A DNA stretch of 63,505 nucleotides, counting the filler, from Octopus bimaculoides (Eukaryota): the NCBI RefSeq assembly GCF_001194135.2. It is 6 parts of 6 records of this genome, joined end to end, with 100 filler letters (N's around TTAATTAATTAA, not from the genome) between each part and the next. Parts side by side here need not be neighbours in the genome. Positions count along the whole stretch, not along the records: positions 5,434 to 34,358 come from NC_068983.1; 5 more parts are not named here. One strand, given 5' to 3'. Below are positions 12,651 to 24,206 of the stretch, in pieces. Under the pieces are notes generated by a model. It was given only the letters and a program-made list of their open reading frames with translations, ran no database searches and had not been told where the DNA came from. How positions within the stretch are numbered: position 1 is the first letter of the stretch; every line of letters begins with the position of its first letter. The translations under genes were made by a program, and so were the position numbers.

Positions 12651-12682
<32 letters not shown>

Positions 12683-13351
12683 TGTGTATACATACTTGTG
12701 TACACATACATACAGACCAATCACACTCACATGCAAATTAATATGCAGTCAACCAGTCCTTGTATCTCGGCCAAAAGTAATGAAGTACAAACAACCCCAT
12801 TCAATGCTGAAGGCTATAATTCAAATCGTAGGCTTCGGGAGTAGACTCTCTCTCTCTTTACCTCTCTCTCCCTCTTTACCTCTCTCTCTCTTCGTCTCTA
12901 TCTCCCTCTCCCTCTCTCTTTCAGTCTCTCCCTCCCTCCCTATCTCTCTCCACCTCCACCTCTCTCTTACCCCGCACAAACGCACCAATTTTTCCTTGAA
13001 TATATTCAGCGGAGTTCACTCTATTGTAATCATTCTGACCAAGATACCGATCCACTTCCCGCTCATATTTTCTCTCCAATCATCGATCTGTAGATGTTCC
13101 GGCTGGTTATCCACTGCATAAATCTCACCAGTCTGTGCAACGGAGCGGCTACAAAAGTCATGGGTACTGCTCCTCCTTCTGCTGACTAATTTAGGCGAAC
13201 GGGCGCGCGCGCGCGCACACACACTCACACACACACTCACACACACACACATATGCACTCACATATACACACGCACAAATTGATTTTCTAGTACTCTGTA
13301 TTCTCTCGGTTATATCATTCCCTTAGAAAGTTTACCATTATTATTGATGAA

Positions 13352-13520
13352 GAGAGAGCAGTGCATGCCATCAAAGTGACGCTGGGGTACAAATATACGA
13401 AGCCCAATATATCCATCATGACTTCCTGTCTGATAGGAGTACACCAGGCACATGCATCATAACCATATGTGCGCGACATGGTGATCTCATATCAAGATAA
13501 ACAGCGCATGACCTTGCTGG
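13352..13520 (-). mobile_element. 3' UTR terminus of the same R4/Dong-like LINE family as 518-1345
   Basis: gagagcagtgcatgccatcaaagtgac... closely matches 524-690; preceded by attattatt. Confidence 0.8.
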
Positions 13521-13682
13521 TGGAGTCCATCTTTTATACCAAGACAAAATATGTACATGGTAACACTTCCAATCAGTTAAGATCAAAAGCCATGAGAGAC
13601 ACTGCCTGGTACTGCATCAGGGTTTCTATTATTATGATTGGATGGTATGCCCTTCGAGCTTTATATACATATGCCAGACTTG

Positions 13683-15275
13683 TTGGGTGAGCTTTTGGTA
13701 GACGTCTTCCGCAACTAGCAACGGAATGGGAGAATACCCGGATCTGTGAGCCGAGGTGTGGTGACGCTACTGAGAAAGGATCCGAACAAGGGGGGCAATG
13801 TTGATAATTTTAGGCCGGTAACTCTTCTAAATACAGATTACAAAATTTTGGTCAAGGTGTTAGCAAAGATGTCCTTGACTGACTGGTGGGTGATGCGCAG
13901 ACTTGCGCTATCTCCCAGCAGAACTATACATGACAACCTCCACCTCACATAATACATCATAGAGAGGATTGGTAAAGAACCTAGCATGGGTGGGGCCCTG
14001 ATCCATTTAGATCAATCGAAAGCTTTTGATAGGGTGGGCCATTTGTACTTGGAAGCTGTCCTCAAGGCGGTCCCATTTTCAGAGGCTGGGTCGCTGCAAT
14101 GTACAGCAACATCTGTTCGGTGGTCGAAGTAAATGGCCGCCTCTCGGAATCGTTTATTATCGCACGTTCATTCCGTCAAGGATGCCCACTCTCACCCCTT
14201 CTCTATGTAATGGCACTCGAGTCATTACTGCGGAAGCTGGAGGTTTCGAGGGGCATCCCGCGTGAATTGGGAAGCGAAAGGTTCGTATCAGCGTATACGG
14301 ACGACGTCACCGTGATAGTGTCGGAAATCAAGATGGTCGGCACTGCCCTTATGGAATACGAAGCGGTGACGAGAGAAATGATTAACCAGGAGAAGTTAGT
14401 CGGCCTGCAGCTCGGTCGAAGGTGGTGAATGCGTACATTGCATCCGTCATATACTATCGCCTGACTGTCGTCCCTTGCCCAGCTTCATGGCTGAACGGGC
14501 TGACGCGTTTGCTCTTCCGCTTTCTGTGGAAGGGACAGGTACCGCTTGTCAGACGGTTCATTTACTGTCAGCACCCGTTGCGTGGAGGACTGGGCATGCC
14601 GTCGCTGATGATGCACAGAAATGCGCTGAGGCTGTGACATCTCCAGCGATACCTTAACGGCGAGCAGGTGTGGTCGCCGTTAGTTGAACGGGCTTTTCTG
14701 CAGCTCGTCTCCTTGACAGAGCTACGGTACGTAGACTGAGGCAGGGCGCTTGGCATCAAGAGTGTCTCCATGCACTCACATCCCTGGGCCAGTCGGGCAA
14801 TGTGGTCGGTGGAAGTTTCACCCTTGGAGCTCTATAGGGGATTGGTGGAGGGTAAGAGCGACGACTCTTGAGCGTCGAGGGATGAACAGGTTGGTCTCTT
14901 CCGGAGGACTTTCGGGCCTGGAACTATGGATAACTTCCAGAAATCCCTGGCCTGGCAGTGCTACCCCGAGAGGGGTCGCGTGCCGGTTCGAGATAAGCTC
15001 TACAGGTACGGGTGTGCAGTTAATCGAGCATGTCCGAGATGCACGCAGAGCGATGAAACCGTTCTGCATGCTCTCGTGCAGTGCTCGCACGTTGCTGACT
15101 TGTAGAGCTTTGTCAAACAGTTATTGTCACGTGTAGGATGGATCCAGCTATCGTCCGAATCCATTGTGAAGATCGCCCCGCCTCCTTCCTTTGGCCGAGA
15201 AAGGAGGGCAATTTTTCTCTGTCTGGTGGCTATGGCGAAAGAGGCTGTGTAGTGGATGCGATTGAAAGGGTTGAG
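13683..15275 (+). mobile_element. Tx1/L1-clade non-LTR retrotransposon fragment (RT plus C-terminal CCHC), internally deleted
   Basis: NFRPVTLLNTDYKIL, LDQSKAFDRV, RQGCPLSPLLY, SAYTDDVT, CPRCTQSDETVLHALVQC; GC-rich relative to flanks; runs into a gap. Confidence 0.88.
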
Positions 15276-15731
15276 NNNNNNNNNNNNNNNNNNNNNNNNN
15301 NNNNNNNNNNNNNNNNNNNNNNNNNNNNNNNNNNNNNNNNNNNNNNNNNNNNNNNNNNNNNNNNNNNNNNNNNNNNNNNNNNNNNNNNNNNNNNNNNNNN
15401 NNNNNNNNNNNNNNNNNNNNNNNNNNNNNNNNNNNNNNNNNNNNNNNNNNNNNNNNNNNNNNNNNNNNNNNNNNNNNNNNNNNNNNNNNNNNNNNNNNNN
15501 NNNNNNNNNNNNNNNNNNNNNNNNNNNNNNNNNNNNNNNNNNNNNNNNNNNNNNNNNNNNNNNNNNNNNNNNNNNNNNNNNNNNNNNNNNNNNNNNNNNN
15601 NNNNNNNNNNNNNNNNNNNNNNNNNNNNNNNNNNNNNNNNNNNNNNNNNNNNNNNNNNNNNNNNNNNNNNNNNNNNNNNNNNNNNNNNNNNNNNNNNNNN
15701 NNNNNNNNNNNNNNNNNNNNNNNNNNNNNNN

Positions 15732-15778
<47 letters not shown>

Positions 15779-15780
15779 AA

Positions 15781-15947
15781 GGCGGCTAGTTGTCAGAATC
15801 GTCAGCACGCCGGGCGAAATGCTTAGCAGTATTTCGTCTGCCGCTACGTTCTGAGTTCAAATTCCGCCGAGATCGACTTTGCCTTTCATCCTTTCGGGGT
15901 CAAAAAATTCAGTTCCAGTTGCTGCCATTGTGGCAAAATTTGAAACC
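15781..15947 (+). mobile_element. SINE family A between (ATT)n tracts
   Basis: A/B-box head, ctttcatcctttcggggtc core, tail gtggcaaaatttgaaacc(att)n. Confidence 0.85.
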
Positions 15948-15983
15948 ATTATTATTATCATTATTATTATTATTATTATTATA

Positions 15984-17338
15984 GTGTCTTTGCATAGCTT
16001 CTAACGTTGGAGATGTACTATGGTGTCAGCAGTTCACTACCAGTGCATTAAGGTAACACCCCTTATATTTCGAGTACCATCTGGAGTATTCGAGCTGTTC
16101 CAAGCAGTGCTGTTTTCTGCAAGTGCTCCACCCTCATTGCAGCCCCTATTTGTTCCAAGTACTTCTCAAGATTTTTACTCACTGTTTCCAGAGCTCCGAC
16201 AATTATTGGTACTACTATCACCTTTTTCATCGACCACAACTGCTTAAACTCCCAAGCTAACCTGTTATATCTATCTACTTTTCTTTCTTCCTTATCGCAT
16301 ACTTTGTTGTCAGCTGGTCATGCTATATCTATGATCCAGCATCGTTTGCTTTCTTTCTCAATTAACACTATGTCTGGTTTCCTATTCTCTATCTCATGGT
16401 CGCACTGAATCATAAAATCCCATAGGATCTTTGTATTATCATTTTCAATGATGCTTTCGGGTTTATGTTCGTACCACTTCTTTGCTCTGTCAGATCCATA
16501 CTTGTTGCAAGGTGTCCAATGGACAATCCTTGCTATAGTGTCATGACGTCACTTATATTCTTTCTGGGCTAGTGGCGTACATTGGCTGGTAATATGCCAT
16601 ACGGTTTCACCATTTTGTTCGCAAATTCTGCACTTATCACTTTCTGATGTGTTGTCAATTCTGTATTTGATGTAGTTGGTACTTAATGTTTGCAGCACAG
16701 ATTAGAGCCTCCGTTTCCGGTTTTAAATCACTTTTAGTAATCCATAGCCATCTTTTTACTCTCTCCATCTTATCTTCAACATCCCTATGAAATTGTCCAT
16801 GCATTCTTTTCTTTATCCACTTATTTTCAGTTTCCTTCGTTCTCAAGTGCTTGTACAGTGCTTTATCTTTGCAGTCTTCCATCCTAGGCAAGCTTGATCT
16901 TCTTACTTCTAATAATAGCGGTTTTGTGACATTTTTTTTTTTACATATCATGCTGTTGTTTTCTTCTGCTCTAATACTGTGTTTGCATCCAATTAGTCCT
17001 CTTCCTCCTCTTTTTCTTGGTACATACAGTTTGTCTGTGTCACTTTTGGGGTGGAGTATCCCATGTCTAGTCAGCAACTTGTCTTTCTGTCTAAGCTGTT
17101 TAGTTCGTCTACTGTCCATGCGATCACCCATTCTCCATGTCTAAGGAGTGAAACCGCTCAGGTGTTGATAGCTTCAATCTTATTCCGTTCATTTAATTTC
17201 GACTTAAGGATCAGTCTCAGTCTGCGTAAGTAATCCAACTTCGAGAGCATATCTAACCCCGCCTGTATTCTTCTTTTCCACCATGGGTCTTTTCTTTTGT
17301 CACTCCCATTATATTTCTTTTCCTTGACATCAACACCC

Positions 17339-17342
<4 letters not shown>
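15984..17342 (-). mobile_element. R4/Dong-like LINE derivative lacking the RT core, embedded in (TAA)n
   Basis: DPWWKRRIQ fused to YLRRLRLILKSKLN..IEAINT; LHPKSDTDKLYVPRKRGGRGL; HGQF; LKPETEALICAA; CRICEQNGETVWHI; RHDTIARIVHW; RKPDIVL; (att)n on both sides. Confidence 0.9.
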
Positions 17343-17398
<56 letters not shown>

Positions 17399-17400
17399 AA

Positions 17401-17611
17401 GCAGCGAGCTGGCAGAATCGTTAGCATGCTGGGCAATATGCTTAGCGGCATTTCGCCCGGCGTTACGTACTGAGATGAAATTCTGCCGAGGTCGACACTA
17501 TCTTTCTTCCTTTTGAGGTCGATAAAATAAAGTACCAGTTGAACACTGGGGTTGATGTAATTGATTTATCTCCTCACCACAAATTGCTGCCTTGTGGCAA
17601 GATTTGGAACC
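17401..17611 (+). mobile_element. SINE family A between (ATT)n tracts
   Basis: gcgagctggcagaatcgttagc head; tail gatttggaacc(att)n. Confidence 0.85.
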
Positions 17612-17841
17612 ATTATTATTATTATTGTTGTTATTGTTGGAATCTTTAGCACGCCGGGCAAAATGCTTAGCTACATTTTTTTGTGTAAGTAACACTTTAG
17701 TGTTTGAAGCTGTCGAACTTGTTACACTTTATAAAATTTATTTTCTAAATTATTCGATACGAGCGGGAGTCGTTCTGTTTTTTTTTTTGCATTTGTCACA
17801 TAATGCTTAATGAAACGTATTGAAGTTTTCTAAATTATCCA

Positions 17842-17903
17842 ACAGCGTTTCTGCTTTCTTACTGCGACAGTGTCTCTACTTTCTTACTGTCACAGCGTCT
17901 CTA
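17842..17903. repeat. 25-bp tandem repeat, about 2.5 copies
   Basis: acagcgtttctgctttcttactgcg / acagtgtctctactttcttactgtc / acagcgtctcta. Confidence 0.8.
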
Positions 17904-18024
17904 TTTAGTTGTCCTGTTTGTCTTTTGTATTTGAAAGTTCATTCTACTTTCTCAATGCATAGCTAATGTTTTAATATTCATAAATTTTGACGATTTGTCA
18001 TGCATCATTCTTTTTTTCTCTCTC

Positions 18025-18298
18025 TCTCTCTTTTTAAGGTATTGTAAACCAACAGTTCGCGAAGTGGAAAATGCCAACCCCATCTCAATATTAATAAACA
18101 ATTGGTTTGTTTCTTTCTTTTCGGCAAAGGTGGGATCTCCCCTCTTTATTAATGAGAAGACAAAATTGTGTCTGCATCCATATAAATTTTTCTTTCTTCA
18201 CCATAATGTTGCACTTGTTTTAAATGTTTAAACTGTTATAATTTTAGTCTGGCTAGCAGTCAGTAAATGCTTAGTTTTCCGATTTCTATATCAGAATA
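18025..18298 (+). repeat. About 275-bp segment duplicated at 21458-21736
   Basis: Near-identical direct copies (taaggtattgtaaaccaacag...tttctatatcagaata). Confidence 0.9.
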
Positions 18299-18654
18299 CG
18301 CATTTATAAGGGACTTTTTCATCACTATTGTAGCCCGAATTGTTCTTTTGGAGCAGGTTGCTGCCATACTGTAAAATAATGACACTTAAATTTGATTTGG
18401 TTTTTCCCCGCTAAGACCGACAAAAAAATCTTTCTAAATTTTCCAACAAATTCTGCGCTTACTTGCAGGAGTTGTTCTGTTTATTTTTTGTATTAGGAAG
18501 TTCATTCTGCTATCTTCATTGTCTCAGAATATTTCAATGTTCATAAACTTAGATGATTCACCCAGCATCGCACCAGTCATAAGGAATTTCGATGCTATAT
18601 CAGCGTACGGCCAACCGCACTATCTGTACTCTACACTGTGAAATTACCTGAAGT

Positions 18655-18686
18655 GGGTTAGGGTTAGAGTTAGAGTTAGGGTCAGG
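18655..18686 (+). repeat. Short telomere-like (TTAGGG/TTAGAG)n tract
   Basis: gggttagggttagagttagagttagggtcagg. Confidence 0.6.
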
Positions 18687-19580
18687 AACACTTGGAAATT
18701 ACAGACTGAAAACTTAGAAGGCCAAGATCTGTTAGTACCTCCTCATGTCTACACAAGAAATGTTCTTTCTGAATTTCTGCAGTAAATCATACCTGTGTAG
18801 TATTTTGGGAGTGATAAATATAATTTTCTTATTTTCCTCTTATTCTGGCTCTTTTATTTACTTCCTCTAATTATGAATTTCTATCGAGTAACTTTTCAAC
18901 AATAATTCCGTAGGCGATAGCTGCATGTTGCCAACACTACCGCCACATAAATAGCAGTTAATACTTTTGTTTGTCCCCTTGGGACAACATCAAGGGAGAT
19001 AACTTCAACAGCATTAGGAGTAATCTCCCTTCGCGTGACGTGATTGTGATACCAACATAAGGATTATTAGTATGAGTTTAATAGCAAAATCAGTAGAGCG
19101 TCCGGCAAGATACCCTACAATATTCAATTACTTCCCTTTATAGTGTGTATTCTAATCATAACCTATTCTGCATTTCATTTCTCCGTGAGTGAATAAAATA
19201 AAATAAATGCCAGTTAAGTACTGGGAAGAGGTGAGTGATTTAATCTACTTCTTCCTCCCTGCCTAACAGTATGTGGCTTTAGGCCATTGTCAGAAATAAT
19301 AATTATTATTTAATTTCTTTCTACTTCTCTTCCCCCTCCTCTGCATTATTATCATCAGCGGCAGCCCCACCCCTGCCGCCGCCGCCACCACCACCACCGC
19401 CATCACCATCAACACCACCATCATCATCATTATCATCATTGTGATCATCGGCATCATCGACGTTGCTCTCGTCGTCGTCATCATCGTCATCGTCATCATA
19501 ATGATGATGATGATCATCGTCATCATCATCGTCGTCTCCACCGTAATAAATGCATATCTATCTATCTATCTATCTATCAT

Positions 19581-19795
19581 ATTTCTTTATTGCCCACAAG
19601 GGGCTAAACATAGATGGGGCAAACAAGGACAGACAAAAGGATTAAGTCGATTACATCGACCCCAGTGCGTAACTGGTACTTAATTTATCGACCCCGGCAA
19701 AGTCGACCTCGGCGGAATTTGAACTCAGAACGTAACAGCAGACGAAATACTGCTAAGCATTTCGCCCGGCGTGCTAACGTTTCTGCCAGCTCGCC
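19581..19795 (-). mobile_element. SINE family A, subtype with ccccttgtgggcaataaagaaat tail, next to (TATC)n
   Basis: High identity to 54712-54941. Confidence 0.88.
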
Positions 19796-21457
19796 NNNNN
19801 NNNNNNNNNNNNNNNNNNNNNNNNNNNNNNNNNNNNNNNNNNNNNNNNNNNNNNNNNNNNNNNNNNNNNNNNNNNNNNNNNNNNNNNNNNNNNNNNNNNN
19901 NNNNNNNNNNNNNNNNNNNNNNNNNNNNNNNNNNNNNNNNNNNNNNNNNNNNNNNNNNNNNNNNNNNNNNNNNNNNNNNNNNNNNNNNNNNNNNNNNNNN
20001 NNNNNNNNNNNNNNNNNNNNNNNNNNNNNNNNNNNNNNNNNNNNNNNNNNNNNNNNNNNNNNNNNNNNNNNNNNNNNNNNNNNNNNNNNNNNNNNNNNNN
20101 NNNNNNNNNNNNNNNNNNNNNNNNNNNNNNNNNNNNNNNNNNNNNNNNNNNNNNNNNNNNNNNNNNNNNNNNNNNNNNNNNNNNNNNNNNNNNNNNNNNN
20201 NNNNNNNNNNNNNNNNNNNNNNNNNNNNNNNNNNNNNNNNNNNNNNNNNNNNNNNNNNNNNNNNNNNNNNNNNNNNNNNNNNNNNNNNNNNNNNNNNNNN
20301 NNNNNNNNNNNNNNNNNNNNNNNNNNNNNNNNNNNNNNNNNNNNNNNNNNNNNNNNNNNNNNNNNNNNNNNNNNNNNNNNNNNNNNNNNNNNNNNNNNNN
20401 NNNNNNNNNNNNNNNNNNNNNNNNNNNNNNNNNNNNNNNNNNNNNNNNNNNNNNNNNNNNNNNNNNNNNNNNNNNNNNNNNNNNNNNNNNNNNNNNNNNN
20501 NNNNNNNNNNNNNNNNNNNNNNNNNNNNNNNNNNNNNNNNNNNNNNNNNNNNNNNNNNNNNNNNNNNNNNNNNNNNNNNNNNNNNNNNNNNNNNNNNNNN
20601 NNNNNGCTTTTAGCTTCCTCCGATAAAAACATCTGGTGAGAGGGCCTTCATTGCCGTAAGGATTCATGCTTTGCAACCGTCCTCCCATCATCTTTGTTCT
20701 ATCTTTGATCTATCTATCTATCTATCTAACCTACTACTACTACTACTACTATTGCTGCCGCTGCTGCTACCGCTGCTGCTACCGCTGCTGCTACCGCTGC
20801 TGCTACCGCTGCTGCTACCGCTGCTGACGCCGCTGCCGCCGCTGCCGCCGCTGCCGCTGTCGCTGCCGCTGCTGCTGCAGAGCAGCAGCAATATCACCAT
20901 CAGCAGCAGCAGTAGCAGCAATAGCAGCAGTAGTGTTATTGCTGTTGTTGTTTGTTTGTTGGTTTGTTTAATCCGGGGCTGGGTAACCTAAGAGCGGCGG
21001 AAGAGTCTCGGCCATGTGTTACATTTGCCCATGAAGCGGCCAGTGAAAGCCTGTCTCAAGTAGAAGCCCGAAGGAAAGAAGGGTGGAAGGGAAAAGAAAA
21101 GAAAGCAAGGCAAATTTATCAAGACCTGCTTGAGTACTGTGGAGGAGAATCCAACGTGTACGGGTCTGGTTTGGGATTAGTCTTATGACAGATCTTGCTT
21201 GCATCCGAGTTGGGTGGACCTCCCTCCATTGCCCGATGTACAATGGAGAGTGGAAGGAACTGTTACTACGATTAAGACAAAATCTGTGTAATGTAAGAAC
21301 ATCCTTGATGTGCCGCTGGATTAAAAAATGGGAGAGACAAGAGAGTATATTCTTTATCTGCTCGCGATTACATAAGCACCTAAAACAATTAGCGAAAGTG
21401 TGGTGCAATCTATCAGGTCATATTCGTTTGCGTATGACGCCTCGTTCTTTTCTTCTT

Positions 21458-21736
21458 TCTCTCTCTTTTTAAGGTATTGTAAACCAACAGCAGTTCGCGA
21501 AGTGGAAAATGCCAACCCCATCTCAATATTAATAAACAATTCGTTTGTTTCTTTCTTTTCGGCAAAGGTGGGATCTCCCCTCTTTATTAATGAGAAGACA
21601 AAATTGTGTCTGCATCCATATAAAATTTTCTTTCTTCGCCATAATGTTGCACATGTTTTAAATGTTTAAACTGTTATAATTTTAGCCTGGCTAGCAGTCA
21701 GTAAATGCTTAGTTTTCCGATTTCTATATCAGAATA
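21458..21736 (+). repeat. Second copy of the 275-bp segment, followed by an HHR-like motif
   Basis: See 18025-18298. Confidence 0.9.
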
Positions 21737-21769
21737 AGCATTCTCGGTTTGGCTCAGAAGGTCTGGGCT

Positions 21770-21817
21770 ATATGTCACTGAAGAGACAAAATCAGGCCGA
21801 AACATTGTATCTAGTGA
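21770..21817 (+). ncRNA. Degenerate minimal hammerhead
   Basis: tca CTGAAGA gac aaaatcag gcc GAAA C att GTA tctagtga; intact core and GUA site, stem I 5' strand apparently lost. Confidence 0.45.
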
Positions 21818-22310
21818 TCCACTGTCCTTCTAAGCCAAGCGCTGTGCCTTTAACACACAAGTTTCTTCGAGAAGTTTCTCTGAGAGAAAATATTACAGTC
21901 AAGTCAAATACATTGGTATGTAATAATTTTATTGAATATGGCAACTGTGCGCCTCGTTTTCAATCCTCACAAGCCCCACCTTGTTGAGAAACACTGCTCG
22001 GAACTACATGCGCCCCTTTTTTCAAAGATGACAAATTGTGATTTTAGGTAAATTTCGCTGCTATTTCTAGCTAGTCGAAAGAACACTCAGAAACTCCTCC
22101 ATTGGCTCGTTGTTATTGTTTTATGGGGTTTTTTCCACCTAATTCCCAATTCTTCATCTACCTCATGTTTGGTTTGCCAGTTACTCAACCTCATACGCCC
22201 GCTATACACCCTTCTCGAGCCCCATGCACTCATAAGGACCGGTTTCCCGGTTTCCGTGGCGTGTATATATTTACCCCTTGGTCTGGACGACGGTCTGACA
22301 CAGGATTACA

Positions 22311-22450
22311 CAATTTTGCCAGCTGAGTGAACTGGAGCAGCGTGAAATGAAGTGTTTTACTCAAGAACACGTGTCACCAGGTTCAGGAATTGAAACCACA
22401 ATCTTAAGCTCATGAGTCCAATACGCTAACCACAATGCCACACGCCTCCA
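22311..22450 (-). mobile_element. tRNA-derived SINE family E, 5' part
   Basis: Homologous to 23724-24038 (tgtgtccttgagcaagacactt-type core, ccagttcactcagctggcaaaa). Confidence 0.7.
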
Positions 22451-23373
22451 CACGCTTCTTAGCTTTCGTTGTTTATCTGATCTCAAATCTGTAAATGAAC
22501 ACACAAGTCATCAATGTCACCACCACCACCATCATCATCAGCATTAAATGCTATAATTAAGAAATGACTGAGATAAGTTATTGACTGGAGAAATGATTCT
22601 TCGCGAACTTCGGTCCCTCGTTAATTCTTCATCACCATTTTGATGCATAATGTCTTGACTACAATTAATCTTGTCAACACCTTCACCCCCTCCCCACCAC
22701 CAATTTCGCTTTAAGGATCCATCTTCGAGAACTACCCATCCATCTATCTACCCAGCTAGCAAGCAAGCAAACCAGCCAATCAGCCAGTCGCATCACTTCT
22801 TGCCTTTCTTACTCGTCCACTGTAGTCCTATTATTGTTAACATCAAATTTCACTGTCTTCTATTCACACTCCCAGATTGTCATCAATAATACAGTCACGT
22901 AATAAAGAAATACAATAATTTTGTGCTTTATGTCAGACGTAATGGCATGATGCACACACATCCATGGTATTATTTAACATTGATCCACAGTAAACAAGAT
23001 GGCGTGTTTATCAATATTCATTACAAAGACAAATGAAGTGACAGCTGTATTTCTGTCTTTACATTTTTAGTTCAAGTCAGTGCAGAATAAACTCTGCCTT
23101 ACACCTCTCGGGCGTCAATAAAATGAGAACGAATCGTTGTTGTTTAGCCCCAAGTGAACTCTGGCTGAATAGACAGACATATGATGAAAAGCATTCCTGC
23201 CGTGTCCAGCCCGTCGATTTTTATGTACAGTGTACCTCAGGCTATATTGTCCATTATAGAAGGAGGACCAAAAGTCCCGCACCAACACGTTTGATATTTC
23301 ATTTATACCATTATCATTATCCATTTTGTTCATCGTGTGCAAATACGTATATATTCATCATTATTTTATTCAG

Positions 23374-23421
<48 letters not shown>

Positions 23422-23649
23422 GGTTGGCCAAGAGCATCCGACAGTAAAGCAAAATTCCATAAATACTTATTATTCATTTTTATTTATTCATTCCAATTAT
23501 GAATGTTTAATAATTGAATGCTAAATAATGTAAATAATTTGTCTATTTATTAGCAAAGTCTCATATAAATTAATTTTTTGTTTTAATCTTGGAATTAAAT
23601 GGTTTTGATGGTTTTGATTTACTGTCAGGTGACTTTTGGCCACCCCTGC

Positions 23650-23688
<39 letters not shown>

Positions 23689-23723
23689 CGTGTGCGTGCG
23701 TGCGCGCGTGTGCGTGTGTAAAA

Positions 23724-24038
23724 CTGGCACTCGGTCGGTTACGACGATGAGGGTTCCAGTTGATCCGATCAACGGAGAGTTTGTTCGTGAAATTAATGTC
23801 TAAGTGGCTGACCACTACACAGACACACGTACCCTTAATGTAGTTCACAAGGAGATTCAGCGTGACACAGAGTGTGACAAGGCTGGCCCTTTAAAATACA
23901 TGGACAATCATTTTTGCCATTCGAGTAGACTGGAGCAGCGCAAAATAAAGTGTCTTGATCAAGGATGCAACGTGCGGCCAGGAATCGAACTCACAACCTT
24001 ACAGTCGTGAGCCGAATACCCCTAATCACTAAATCACT
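23724..24038 (-). mobile_element. tRNA-derived SINE family E, near full length
   Basis: Head gtgattaggggtattcggctcacgactgtaaggttgtgagttcgattcc; 3' end gaaccctcatcgtcgtaaccgaccgagtgccag, also at 38375-38440. Confidence 0.8.
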
Positions 24039-24109
24039 CGCTTTCACTGTACATATATATATGTATGGATGTATATTAAACGTAAATTGTAAACAGAACA
24101 CAAAGGATA

Positions 24110-24206
24110 TCGCGGTACACGTGTTTCAAGCTTTATACACAATCTGTCATTACATCAGTATATATTGTTGATATAAAGGATGGTTTAAAGCTATCTTCAG
24201 CCGCAA
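24110..24206 (-). ncRNA. Type I hammerhead ribozyme, canonical core
   Basis: ttgcgg CTGAAGA t agcttta..50 nt..taaagct t GAAA C acgt GTA ccgcga: 6-bp stem I, 7-bp stem II, perfect palindrome ACACGTGT as stem III, GUA site. Confidence 0.75.

Noticed and set aside
13016-13258. 80-aa ORF and a possible acceptor near 13090 as a host exon
   Set aside because: No SLC5 or other recognisable similarity in any frame
20718-20991. Gly/Ser-rich or Leu/Pro-rich ORFs
   Set aside because: Derived from (GCT/GCC)n-type microsatellite
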